Shown: positions 25,352 through 37,993 of the stretch, piece after piece
Layout of the letters: each line of letters starts with the position of its first letter
How positions within the stretch are numbered: position 1 is the stretch's first letter
DNA from: Aplysia californica
Taxonomy: Eukaryota
NCBI RefSeq assembly: GCF_000002075.1
Contig: NW_004797411.1
Coordinates: 609,606-673,605 of the forward strand
DNA: 64,000 nt
Reading direction: 5' to 3'
Translations under genes and position numbers: made by a program
Notes under the pieces: model-generated
Database searches by the model: none
Seen by the model: the letters and a program-made list of their open reading frames with translations, nothing else
Told to the model about the DNA's origin: nothing

Positions 25352-25463
25352 CCTTTCTTGGTCCCTTCTTGACTTTCGTCGAGCCCAGACCATCATAACG
25401 CCGAAGACAATGAAAAGACCAATGAGAGTCCCATACACTGAGGCATTCTCTACATCGAATTTC
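25352..25463 (-). CDS. PKD1-like gene exon (TM1: NASVYGTLIGLFIVFGVMMVWARRKSRRD)
   Basis: tctccaacag acceptor, gttagt donor, phase 2 to 0. N..V...hydrophobic helix..WARR.(D)..D motif. Confidence 0.93.
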
Positions 25464-28333
25464 CTGTTGGAGAAACAAGACACAAGCATATTTTCAAAAG
25501 ACGCTGCTCTGTTAAATATTATTAAGGTTTTAGCAAAGTTAGAACGGAGCAACATGTGGTGTTAAGCTGCACCACTCTTACCTCGCGTTGTTTGGGTTGC
25601 TTGTAAAAGAGTATAATTGACATGCCCTGGGTGTCCCGATGGCTGGCTACGTTTTGCTCGAACGGAGATTTCGGTGAAGATGAAACGGATAAAGTAAGTG
25701 ATCACGTAGAGGAAGATAGCCAGGTTTTCTGACCCGAGTCGCTCGACCGGTGTTTTCTTATAACCTCGATATATTGCGTTAGCGAGGTTCAACGGATCAC
25801 TTATGCCGTTGAGGTGGATAGTGAGAATTTAAAGTGCATTTTAAAGCATTAGTAGTTTAAATTTAGATTTAATAATTATACACATTGTGTGTCAACGTAC
25901 CAAGAACCATATGGCACAACAACAAAAACACCAATTTTCACAGAAATTTTAGTATGCAAAGTTCCATTAAAGCTACAACGTTATGAAAGCTTTATGCCCG
26001 ATAAAAACTATTTAGATCCCCTAGGAGACGGGCTACTTCGACCCTGCCTGTCAGAACCAGTCCGGGCTAAAAGCGATACAACGTTTCAGCAGGAAGCCCG
26101 AGATACTCGATAAAAAATATACCATCACACGGGAAACGAACTAAGGTCTTCTGCTCTTCTGCAAAGCCCCTAACCGCAATTTCAGAAGCGCTGGCGGTGA
26201 TGGTCGTGATTCTCGAAGAGAAATACACAGGGTGGTTCAAAAAACCACAAAACTAAACAACTTTTTTGGTCAATATTTTCCTCCACACGGAAGTTTTGTG
26301 TTTCAAATTTGTGTACACCATTTTGGAGTCAAAAGGAATTTGTCTGATATCCATTTTAGATAAATCCACAGAATATTTTTTTCTGAGCGTGTAAAACAAC
26401 AACCCATTTTTAGCTATGTCGCCATGTTTGTAGCATGACGTACTATAGTTCTCATAGGCCTTCCACTAAAAGTCCCAACGTTTGGGCCATATTGCAAGCT
26501 ACGGTAGTCTAAAAGACCGACATAAATTTCCTTTGCCTGTTGAGATCATGTTTAAGATTAGTAAAGAACAGACGCCTTTTTATTGGCCATTTCCTCAACA
26601 TCAACTCACTTAGTGAGTTTTGCGCAAGGTGCAGAAATAATGTTAAAGTGTCTTTAAAGCCTCCTTTGATGTCAAGGGTGAAGATAGCCCATCTTTTACG
26701 ACCTGCAAAGAATCATAACTAAAATTTCCCTGACAAAATGACCACTTCAGGTCAAACTCACATCGTTTGCATCGCTTTAAATGTTATCAGAGTGCAGCAT
26801 TCAGTAGATGACTCCCATGAGACGTGTCCGTGTCCGTAGACAATGTCTACAGCTAGGACTTTCCCATATCTCAACGGTATGCATTCTCAAAGTAGATCTT
26901 CATCTACGACTGTAGCATTTTTCTTTTCGCGAAGCTGACATGGATCAGAGGATAGTAATGCGTTTGTGCTTCCTCCATCGTACTGAAAGGCGTGAACATT
27001 TCCTCTATGGCATTAATTTGTTCCTTTCCAAAGCACATATTATTCTCCTTTCAGGATACGTCAACTCTACGAATGCTGTCTATTTAGAAATAATTCCATA
27101 CTGTAAGGTGTACAGTGCGTGTGTGGCTTTGAGTACTCATTGTTGGTTGGATCCACCACTGAACATTACGAAAGACGCGTTAAAGTGTGGCGGGACTTAA
27201 TCACTTTTCTGTCACACTAGTAGTGTCCAAATCCCTTATGTGTCAAAGTCAGGGCGATATATCTACATAAAGAATAGCAGTTTTTAAAGTGGTTAAACTA
27301 TGTAATTGACTGGTCTCAATTCCATCATCGATGGCAGAGTAGCATATCTACAGTAATTTACAGCCAAGTTTAGAAGCAATAATAAGTGCAGTAAAGCTTG
27401 GGGTCAAAGGAGTTTTGAACATTTCTCGAATTCATGAAATGTACAATTCCATTGCTCTGCCTCTGAACTGAATGCAATGTAGTCACCTTACATCATCAGA
27501 ATGCAAGATGAACAAAACAGAATCAGCATTTTCTTTAACGGTATACCTGAATGCCTCATCATTTTGCCACAGGCGGTCATGTACGTACAAATCGACTGTG
27601 CTGGGAGATGAAGGTCTTACAGTCAGTTATTCCCTGAGCTTNNNNNNNNNNNNNNNNNNNNNNNNNNNNNNNNNNNNNNNNNNNNNNNNNNNNNNNNNNN
27701 NNNNNNNNNNNNNNNNNNNNNNNNNNNNNNNNNNNNNNNNNNNNNNNNNNNNNNNNNNNNNNNNNNNNNNNNNNNNNNNNNNNNNNNNNNNNNNNNNNNN
27801 NNNNNNNTTGTGAGGCAGCATGGTGGAATCAGGCTCTCGTCAATTTTTGAGCATGTAGAATGATTGGTATCATCTAAAAGTTTGTTCAATTGTTTTTATT
27901 TGGGTGAAAACAATATCCATTTATCTTGAACACAAGGCAAGGTATTTGTAAATGAAGGGGGTGAGGGTCACCCGTTTTCAGAGGTAAGATTAGTGATAAA
28001 ATGGCCGCCAAAGATTAGTTATTTCCTTAGTTTAAGAGTCCGTGGTAACTGAAAATGTACATTTGTTGTGCCTTTAATCAACGTTTCCAGAAAAATCCAT
28101 ACAGAAATGAGTTCTTTAATGGACATGAAAGGTGTTGAGCCGAAAAACAAAAATTTGAAAAAAATCCACAAGCCTGGGGAAAAATGAAAGTTTCTTCACT
28201 TTGATTATTTTGACGAGACCCTGATTCTACCACGCTGCCTTACATTTGATCTTTTAGTAACAGAGCTGAACAGTGATTATGAATATTATTATATTTGTAA
28301 CATTATTCTAGCTTAGATAAGGCGCTCACTGAC

Positions 28334-28452
28334 TTGAAGACCAGGTCAAAGTTGATGAGGTTTGGGGGGACGTAGAAGGCACTGGCAAATGTATAGCCTG
28401 GGGCGTCACGACAGTCGCAGACAGTGTTGCCTGGGGTGGAGTAGGGGGAAAC
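28334..28452 (-). CDS. PKD1-like gene exon (second half of GPS: VSPYSTPGNTVCDCRDAPGYTFASAFYVPPNLINFDLVF)
   Basis: tttctcccctcag acceptor, gtcagt donor, phase 0 to 2. T.C.C...F...F.VPPN.I.F motif. The ORF track shows a different frame here. Confidence 0.92.
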
Positions 28453-28934
28453 CTGAGGGGAGAAATAGGGAGACAATTCAGGGATACACTAGGGAGGAAT
28501 AGGGAAACAGTGACAAGAGAAATACACAATAAGGGTTAAAGGAGAAATAAGAAGACAATAAAGGAATACATGAAGGGAGAACTAGAGAACATGGGGATAC
28601 GACCTACGGATAGGGGGGGGGGTATTGGGGATGACAATTATAGGGATACCCGACCAGTACAAATAAGGAGAGATAAGTAAGTTAACGTTACTAAGGAAGA
28701 AGTGAGAAAGAGGAGAGGGAAAGGCTATTCCAAGAGATATAATTTGTAGGATTATTATAACAAGTCAATACAAGAGGAAGGTAGGTTAAGAGAATGGAGG
28801 AAGTAAGGAATATCTGCATGGTGAAATACTCCAAAGGAAAAGAAACCCAGGTAGATGCTATGTAATTAATGCTACGATTGAAAACAGCATAATAATTATA
28901 TATATATAAACTAATGATAAAATGAATGACATAC

Positions 28935-29026
28935 CGTGCAGGAGTCATTGGACCAGACCTTTTTGTCTCTGTCCCACACCCTGCAGCTGTCGGTGTACAC
29001 CAGAAAGTGATACTCCTCTGTGCCGT
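28935..29026 (-). CDS. PKD1-like gene exon (first half of GPS: SCRVWDRDKKVWSNDSCT)
   Basis: tttctcaag acceptor, gtatgt donor, phase 1 to 0. C..W......W....C GPS pattern. Confidence 0.92.
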
Positions 29027-29305
29027 CTTGAGAAATAAAAATATGATAACAATATATCTCGCTCATTTCTTCAAGTTTGCTATGGTGCAAACACAGAGAC
29101 ACAATGACGATTATTTAGCAAAGGAAAGAAATGAAAAGGATAAACAGAAAAAGAAGTAGAACATTCCAGTGGCACCCTCCAACCACCTGTAAAGTATCAG
29201 TTGATAGGTCATAATAACAATGTGTTATTTTAAATACAGTCAAACATGTGAAAGAGTGGTAAAAGTTGATAATGGGAGAAGAGAAGGAACACAGAAGTAG
29301 AGATA

Positions 29306-29309
<4 letters not shown>

Positions 29310-29386
<77 letters not shown>
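29310..29386. repeat. (CA)n microsatellite
   Basis: Seen directly in the sequence. Confidence 0.98.
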
Positions 29387-29391
<5 letters not shown>

Positions 29392-30228
29392 AAACGCACA
29401 TACAAACCCACACACAAATAAACAAACACACAAACAAACACCCAGACAAATGTAATGGTAAAAATCTGCCTGAGTCCTGTTTTCCCTTCCCCAACCCTCT
29501 CAAATTCATTCATTAAGTGCACAGGGTGTTCCTGAATTCGCCCTCCGTCCAACAATGGGTCACCTGTCGAGGAAACTGATCATGTACTCGCTACACCCCA
29601 CCCCCTCCCCCTGTCGGTGTCCACAATAACTAAATTAGCCATAGTAGTGAAATCAATGCTCACTGCATTTGCAGCTGCATCCACACATTACGCCCCCCCT
29701 CCCCCTCAAGGGGCAAAACATAATATTCCCATAACAGAGAAACTCCACGAACACCTACACGAAACTTCTGAGGGGAACAATTCGAAAAGTGATCGGATTG
29801 ATCTGGGCGTCTACTATTATAGGTTACTGCGGCTACAGATCCATTCAGTCAGGCGCTTCTTCAGTCTGGGAAAATGAATGTCATAAGTTTGTCGCTCAAG
29901 CCCGCCCAGGCGCTTAACTTCCCACAAACTAGATATAAGCGGCGATGACTAGTGAGAGATATTTAACTCGTCAGCTGGCCCCTAATTCGCATCATGTTGT
30001 TCGCACAAGATCGGTGACCTAGTGCATCGAAACGGTTTCAAGTCGTACATTAATTCATGGTCTGCTTCTCTCGAAGTCCCTTCCCCTTATTATTTCCTAT
30101 AGTTAAACCGAGGACAGAGAGAGGAGCGAGGAGTCATCTCAGTTAATACGTCGAAAATACTGGTATGTGGTGAAGTTGATTAATAAATGGGCGCATAATT
30201 AATCAATTCATCAAGTTTATGCTCCAAA

Positions 30229-30633
30229 GAAGAAGAAGAAGAAGAAGAAGAAGAAGAAGAAGAAGAAGAAGAAGAAGAANNNNNNNNNNNNNNNNNNNNN
30301 NNNNNNNNNNNNNNNNNNNNNNNNNNNNNNNNNNNNNNNNNNNNNNNNNNNNNNNNNNNNNNNNNNNNNNNNNNNNNNNNNNNNNNNNNNNNNNNNNNNN
30401 NNNNNNNNNNNNNNNNNNNNNNNNNNNNNNNNNNNNNNNNNNNNNNNNNNNNNNNNNNNNNNNNNNNNNNNNNNNNNNNNNNNNNNNNNNNNNNNNNNNN
30501 NNNNNNNNNNNNNNNNNNNNNNNNNNNNNNNNNNNNNNNNNNNNNNNNNNNNNNNNNNNNNNNNNNNNNNNNNNNNNNNNNNNNNNNNNNNNNNNNNNNN
30601 NNNNNNNNNNNNNNNNNNNNNNNNNNCACCACC

Positions 30634-30670
<37 letters not shown>

Positions 30671-30710
30671 GCAACAACAACAGCAACAACAACAGCAACA
30701 ACAACAACAA
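30229..30710. repeat. (GAA)n and (CAA)n microsatellites flanking an N gap
   Basis: Seen directly in the sequence. Confidence 0.95.
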
Positions 30711-30734
30711 GAAGAAAATGCAGATAAAGAAGAA

Positions 30735-32720
30735 GATAAGATAGATAAGATAAGATACATATTTATTGTTCAGATCCTGGCACATTGGTTTGATGTTTTA
30801 CCACGTGTACACACACTCACACCCAAACACACACACACGTAGACTTACAATCACCTGCATAATATAAATGAGCAGCAATATAAACAATCATAATCGTAAG
30901 CTAGATACACACTCAATGTTATTTTGACGCATGCTCTAAGGTCGTATGTTTTCTTATACAAGATGGTGAAGATGGAAGCATTAATTTGATGGAAGATGGT
31001 AAAAATGACTTTCTATATCTTTCTTTGTTAGAGATCAGAAGTCAAGGTCTTCCGATGTTTTTATTTGAGAGAACAAGGGATGTTTGTGATCTAAAAAGAT
31101 GGAATATTTTTTTTTAGTGCAAGCTGTTATGTACAATTCATCCAAGTAGAGAAATGTAGATGTTGAAATTTTACATGCTTTCCGTATTAGTCGATTTAAT
31201 TTTTTTTGTCTTGTTGTCTTGTGTTCCTGGCCCAAGCTGTTATACAAAAATTGATCATACTTTCTATCGTTGAAAGATAGAACATGGACATCAATTTTTA
31301 TGAACTTTAGAATACTTTAGCTTCCTTAGACAAAATAGTATTTTGTTCACTTTTTTACGCAGGAGAGAAGTGTAGACACGCCAGTTGAGTTCGTTGTCTA
31401 TTGTAACACCCAAATACTTATAGTCTGACACTTGCACGATGTTTTCACATTTAATTTCGAGTGGCTGCAGGGGCAGTTTCTTTATTCTAAAATCAACAAC
31501 CAGGTCTTTTGTTTTTTTCACATTTAAAAGCAGCTTATGATTTTCTCACCATTCAGAAAAGTTAAGTACAAAATTCTGATAAGCAGTTTCATTATGGTCA
31601 GCCAGCCTGAATTAGCCCAATTATGGTTGAATCATCAGCACATTTAATCAACTTGATGTTACTGTTGTTTATTTGGCAATCGTTCGTGTATAGTGTGAAT
31701 AAAACTGGTGGCAAAACACATACTTGAGGGGCCTCTGTATTTGCTGTGATGTATGTCGATGATGAATGTTTTAATTTTGCATACTGGGTTCGGTTGGTAA
31801 GAAAATTGCCTGTCCATGAAATTAAATTGACGTTAACACCTATGTTTTGTAAGTTCTTTTAAAGGATAGCTGGCTAGAATGTTTTAAAGGCTGACGAAAA
31901 ATCAACAAACAGGATCCTACAGAAGTTTTTTGGCTTGTCTAAGTGTCAGTAGAATGGCGTCTTCCACACTTCTCTCGTGACGATATGCGAATTGTAGAGG
32001 GTCCTGGGTGGGTTCTATGGACGTTCGTAGTCTTTTTAGCACAATTTTTTCTAGACATTTTATAACGACGGATGTTAAGGCTATTGGTCGTAGGCCATTC
32101 ATTTCAGTAATATTTTCTTTCTTGGGAAGGGGGACGATGTCAGAACATTTCCAAATAGTGGGAATAGCATGTGTCAACAACGACTGGTTAATAATATAGG
32201 TGTATATAAAACTAAGTTGTGCTGAACACATTTTCAGAATTTTGGGTTGCACACCGTCTGGACCACTCGCCGTTCTCACATTCACACGTCCAAACACACA
32301 TTTAACCTCACGTTCTTCAACAACAACGGCATTATTTACATTTGTATCGGTGTTCACACATGGCAAGTCACACGGACTGCCTTTGTTTAAAACGGGAGAA
32401 AAAGGGATTACGTCTATTTACATAGCTCTGTTCGTTGTCAACACATAGATTTGTTGGTTTATTTTTGTAGCCCACTATGGTCTTAAGCCCAGTCCATGTC
32501 TCTCGAGAGTTATTTGAACGAAACAGATCTTCCAGGTTTTGTTTATTTCTTTTTTAACCCAGATTAATTTCTTAATAGCTTTGTCTACGACTTTTAGTTC
32601 TGTTTTGTTATGGATTTTAAAAGCCATTTTCTTTTCATGGATTAGGTCTTTGACTCCAGAATTTACCCACGGTTTAAAGTTATGGAAGATGGTAACTTGT
32701 TTTTCAGGGCCACCATATCT
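30735..32720 (-). mobile_element. 5'-truncated Rex/Babar (CR1-group) LINE with (TATCT)n tail
   Basis: KPWVN, ASGPDG, RPIALTSVVIKCLEK, DPLQFAYR..RSVEDAI, FVDFSSAF, LFTLYTND, KCADD, KTKDLVVDFR and YKYLGV. AATAAA precedes the tail repeat. Confidence 0.9.
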
Positions 32721-33584
32721 ACACAAAATTTAAGATAGTCTGTGACTGTTGTACAAGAACAAGAACAAAACAAGAACAAGAAGAACAAACAAGAAGAACA
32801 AGAAGAACATGAAGAAGAAAAGAAGTAGAAGTAAAAGAATCGTTAAAAAATTGGCGTATTGTGAGTATTAATGCCATGAGATGAGGGTAGGAAATAAGGA
32901 GAGGAGACATAACCAAGACAAGCCAATAATTATACTGTCGGAGAAGAAACATACAGACGGTATGTTTTGAATTTTTCATCAAAATCATGACGAGAATGTT
33001 CTGACTCCATCTTTCAAGCATGGATGTGTTTATGACGTGGCGGTAAAGAAAGACAAATGGTGTTTAAAACCCATTCAAACCAATCCTCTTACTTAATTTA
33101 CTAAAACCATTTTCAGGGAGAGACACTACACTATCACCGACTTCATTCACATCTTCACCATTACCTTATCATGAACCTGATGCTCCATCTTTACTACAAC
33201 ATCACCAAAGCGATTACCAAAATAAAGCCTTAACCTTCACTCGTCGATCTATTGTTTTATAATCATCGTCGTTAAAAACAGCGAGAGCATGTTATGTACT
33301 ATTAAAATAACCGATACTTGAGAACTAGCTTGAACCACGCAGTGACAATGGCAAGTGATTTCTAATTAAAATATGCAACGCCAATCACCTTTCTGGATCC
33401 AGAGGGAAAGAAAAGAAGGCCAGATCAAGGCAGTTGATTTTGGAATTGTAACAATTAATAGCACTACAACACTTTGAATTACGGTATGTTTTAAAATTTT
33501 CATCAAAATAATGACTAAAATGTCCTGACTCCATACTCTATCAATACTTTTATGTGTCGCTTGCACGTACTTGCATAGGTACCT

Positions 33585-34451
33585 TTGAACTCTGACTGCT
33601 GAACTTTACGTTTCTCTGTTTTTCTACTGAATGACGTCACATCAAAATGGCTGCCCCCCACCCCCCCTTGGAGGTCTGTCTGAGGTAAAGAGCTGTAATT
33701 GAATTTCTTGTTTTAGAAGGAGAATCCCCCGGTAGCATCCAAAAGAGACTTTAAAATGTTTACAGAGACCAAGCTCTAGCTTTTGGCTCTGTATGTGGGT
33801 AAGACGTTAGAGCAATGGCCCGGAAGTAGAGGAAGAAGTGCCATAGTATGCTTGTCAGACAAGCATGGTCCCGAGGAGTCAACTGGAAAAATCATGGCAA
33901 CCTTATTTTTGGACGTTCATAGAGTGCCTCTCACAGATTTATTTTTTTACCACGAGTAACAACTGTCAATTCTAAAGCCTACTCTGAAACACCAAAACGA
34001 CAGAAAGCGAGAATTCGACGAGTCAGACCAAATTTGAAAATGGAAAGAGTGGGGGGAGGGGGGTTCACCATGAAAATTCCCGCCAACATACGAGTACCAG
34101 AACAAGAGAGACAATCACCCCGTTTGTGTGGAAAACACTGCCACACCCAGCTGATTCTCCAATTTGGCACCTTCAGACATCCACGCTTTTGGTCCTCGGA
34201 AAGAATCATTGAGAAGTTAACACTATGGAAACGATGGACAAATCAAGACCAACCTGCTCAGTTTTACGAAGCTGCAATATATTGACTTAATAAAAGGTGG
34301 ACAGTGGCTATTTAACTAAATGGAGACTATGTTTATATATAGAAATCTGATCCTATGATGTTCCCCTTCTATTTGAGGTATGATAGTTGCCAGTGCGTTC
34401 TTTTTTTCTTTAAGTTATAATTGAACTTGCATTACTTTTGACTTCCCCTCG
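33585..34451 (+). mobile_element. Decayed mariner transposon, left end missing
   Basis: RAVIEFLVLEG, STGKIMATLF.D, VNSKAYSET, HENSRQHTS, HPADSP and FYEAAI..L.KRW...LNGDYV. Right TIR TTACTTTTGACTTCCCCTCG followed by TA. Confidence 0.85.
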
Positions 34452-34968
34452 TACTAGGTATCCTTCTAAACACGAATTGCCCTTGACTGGATGAGAAGAG
34501 GCACTTCACATCTTGAATTATTTAAACATCAACAACTGAGGCGTAAATTTTTTATAATTACACATGCCTTTCAATTGTGTAAAGAGACTGCCTTTTATTC
34601 ATTGTCTCATTGCTTAATATACACAATATGCAAGAAAACTCCGGTAAACTCATGGCGATTAGCGAAGGGAAATGTTTTGGAAAACAATATTATACTAGCC
34701 AACTTTTAGTTGCAAGAAAGGTTTTTGGTATGTTGTTTCATTTTGTTTTTGATTTGCTTTCTTTTTTATGGAATTTTTATATTTCCTGGAGGATGTTTAT
34801 TCCTCCGCTCTAAAGTGAGTAGGACCGAAAATCGTACTTATCTGTATTGCAACTACTAACTGATTTGCTTTTTCTTGCCTTAGTTCATGACTGTTTGTGT
34901 GTGTTTGTGAGCGCGGGCGTATGTGAGTGAGTTTGTTTGTTTTTTCGCTTGTTTGTGTGTGTGTACAC

Positions 34969-35019
<51 letters not shown>

Positions 35020-35305
35020 TATGTGTGTGTGTGTCTGTGAGTGTGTGAGCGTAAGCAAGTGTTACTGGGTACGTTTGCATGTGTATATGTGTACGTATGT
35101 ATGCCTCTGTGTGTGTGTGTGTGTCTGTGTGTGTGTGAGTGTGTTCTTTTTTCAGATTAACTTTGTATTTGGAAAAGGAATACGGCCCATTTCGATTTCA
35201 AGATGACACTTTTTTTTCGGAATTACAATACATTATTATTCAAAGAAACTTATAATAAAAGCTACTTAATTTAGAGTAAGCAATATTTAACGTCCAAGTA
35301 CTTAC

Positions 35306-35478
35306 CGGGCACAATCAAACCAACAAAAATGAGCCCTCTTTTAAACGTCCCAGGCTTCAAATTAAACCTGCTGATAGTGTCTGCGGACCTCTTCCTGCGA
35401 GACGCTGCGCCTGCAGAGATAGGTTCTGCTTCCAGCTTCACCACATCAGAGCCGTATGTTGTTGGGGGTTGGTCATGT
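35306..35478 (-). CDS. PKD1-like gene exon (GAIN region: HDQPPTTYGSD...SRRKRSAD...GLIFVGLIVP)
   Basis: ccctctccccacag acceptor, gtaagt donor, phase 2 to 1. Joins the upstream exon as GYFR-HDQPPT, like the family motif Y.R....PT. An in-phase alternative acceptor exists at 35511. Confidence 0.85.
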
Positions 35479-35589
35479 CTGTGGGGAGAGGGCAGCTGGA
35501 TTTTAGGGTAGCTGTAAAATTTATGCGTATACAGATGTATGCATACATGTATTTTAACTTTTATGTGATATAATATTACTATATAATAC

Positions 35590-35955
35590 ATGTAATAATA
35601 ATAATAATAGATAGCATTTGTATAGCGCAAATTCCGGCTCAACATCAAACTATTTGCGCTTTACAACAATATTATTACCCAAGCAGACCTGATAGCACTC
35701 TGAAACAATTTAACTTCCTGGAAAGCATACAGTGCGAGCTGCCATTTTATAGGAGCTAAAATTACTAATATCCTAACATAATCTTTAGCTGTCTATGGCC
35801 GGGTACCAGAACCAATACAATAGGTCCTGCTGGGTACTCATTCAATTTCATGTAAATTGCTTTTCCCTAGGATATAACGCCGGGCCTGAGGCTCGAATCC
35901 GCGCACCCGCAACCTCACGATTATTATTCCGTAGCCTAACCACAAGACTACCGAA
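35590..35955 (-). mobile_element. tRNA-derived SINE (family B) with Deu/Nin-like middle and LINE-type tail
   Basis: Degenerate tRNA head with GGATTCGAGCC, then GGCAGCTCGCACTGTATGCTTTCCAGGAAGTT, then a TGTAAAGCGC..GCGCTATACAAATGC (TAT)n tail. The domain label is from recall. Confidence 0.6.
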
Positions 35956-35993
35956 GCAAATATATATTTTGAATTTAATGTGTTTATATTTTC

Positions 35994-36492
35994 GGGAGTT
36001 CTCGTGGTCTAGAGAGTTCGGCGTTAGCCTCTCATTCAATAGGTCTCGGGTTCGAAACCTGACAGCGACGGGAAAATTCCACCTCATTTCCTTCTCTCTA
36101 ACATGGTTCTGTCGTCCGATTTCGTCTACACATTCTACCTCGCCTTCCCCCTCCCACCTTTACGCCTTCCTCTAGGCTTTTGACTCTTTCTGCAGCCTTT
36201 CTACTGCATTTCCTTGGCTCCCTCTAACTGCTATCTTTCAGCCACACCCTGATCTTAGGTTAGGTAAGATGTACACATAGCCCTCTCGAATAAGGGCAAA
36301 AATGAGGACACGTTGCGCACGTTAAAGATTCCTTGGTTGATCCAAAATCGATAAGAATAGGCTTCGGCCACCAGCCGGGGAAAATTCAAAATTAATTCCT
36401 ATCAAACTGACAATGTTTTATGAGCCCCGCGCTCATATTTTTTATGAACTTATGCAGTTGCGAGCGAAGTAAAACACTTACCAAAACAAAAC
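35994..36492 (+). mobile_element. SINE family A copy
   Basis: Head CTCGTGGTCTAGAG..GGTTCGAAACC, GCACGTTAAAGATTCC motif and TATGCAGTTGCGAGCG tail, all shared with 349-792. Confidence 0.88.
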
Positions 36493-36534
36493 TATGTATA
36501 TACTTTACACACACACACATATATATTTTTATTT

Positions 36535-37197
36535 TGACTGGTTTTTGTTCACATTTTGAATAAAATAGTGAGTTGAGAAATTTAAGGTTTTTATGAACGG
36601 AAAGCGGTAGTGGGTTGAACATGATGATGTAGATCTAGTTTACGAAACGTAGAAGTAGATTAGATCTTACAGTTTAAAAACGACAGAACGACTAGTGATG
36701 CTCTGCAATGAACTGTTGTCTAGCAGAATATACAATAGATTGGATATTTTAAAAACTAAAGATACGGCCACTGCTAGAGCCTAACTGTTGACTAGATCTA
36801 GATCTAAATCTAGATTAACTACACAGTACAACGAGCTGTTCCCCAATGTCAGAATCAATGATCATGAACTGAAGCTAGGAAACAATGGCACTCCTGTACA
36901 ATGGCGGTCCCGTTTACACTAAATCACTCAAGGCCTAAGTGCCCCTGTAGTATTTTTCACGTGTTTCTTATTTAGATTTAGGCCTAGATTATAGATATCT
37001 ATAATCTAGATCTAGATCTAGAGAAGAGCTAGTCAAGAGTCGCCCTTCGGTCATTCGCCAACTACTTAGGGGCCTAGATCTAGATCTACTTTCCTAACTG
37101 CACACTCTTGGCTGGGTGCACAACAAAATCTAGACTCTCTAGATATAGATTCTAGATTTTAGATCCAGTTTATTCTAGATAGGCTACGTTTATTCAT

Positions 37198-37248
<51 letters not shown>

Positions 37249-37442
37249 CGGGCTAAAATATATTAATTTTAGTACGCCTGGGCTAGACATACCGCCCGAG
37301 ATGTTCAGTAGCCTTGCATTGTAACCAATGTAAACTATCGCCAGTCCAGCGAGTTATACGCGCAGCAGCAAAAGTGGGAGGGGCCTGCGCTTGTCACATG
37401 ACGTAAAAAAGAGTTGTCCCGTCTTGTCTTATTCTGTCTTGG
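36535..37442 (-). mobile_element. Unclassified non-coding interspersed element carrying (TCTAGA)n and (GA)n; inverted copy of 49898-51142
   Basis: Long near-identical reverse-complement blocks, e.g. 36839-37010 vs 50661-50832 and 37250-37442 vs 49898-50085. Confidence 0.85.
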
Positions 37443-37993
37443 CCCTGACTACCCGATCAGCCCGACCCGAGTCGACTTGACCCGATCGCATGTGGCATCC
37501 CCAATTAAGCGGAAAGTCCAGGTTCGAAACTTGGTTCGAACACGGATTTTTTTCGCCACCTCCTGCCCACCCACCAGTAATGGGTACGGACTTCGAGTTG
37601 GAGAAGTAAAGGCGGAGTGGAAAGGAACTGGCCACCCTACCCAGGGGCGGTTTGTTAACTGGGCCCGGTCAATTTTTTTTCAGCTGGACTGTTGACAGGA
37701 GATTTATTGCTGATGATGATTTTCATTCAGTTTTAAGTAAATCCAAGCAAATAGATTCTATGTCGATTTGAAGGCGCTCAAATAGACAAGTGGGATTCAC
37801 TGCTGTTTATTTTTCGCGACAGCGTTTGTTATCGCGCCGGCTCATAACTTTAATTCATATCCCCTCCCATCAAGCCGTCACGTCGCGGAACTTCGTAGAC
37901 TACTACGTACGTGGCCAAATACACGACGGGCTTAGGCCTAGCGATGACGTCAGTCTCATGGAAAAATCCATGGACAGCCCTCAGAAGGAATAA

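Noticed and set aside
26226-28230. Mariner-like non-autonomous element beginning CAGGGTGG
   Set aside because: The ends do not form a clear TIR pair and a gap interrupts the region.
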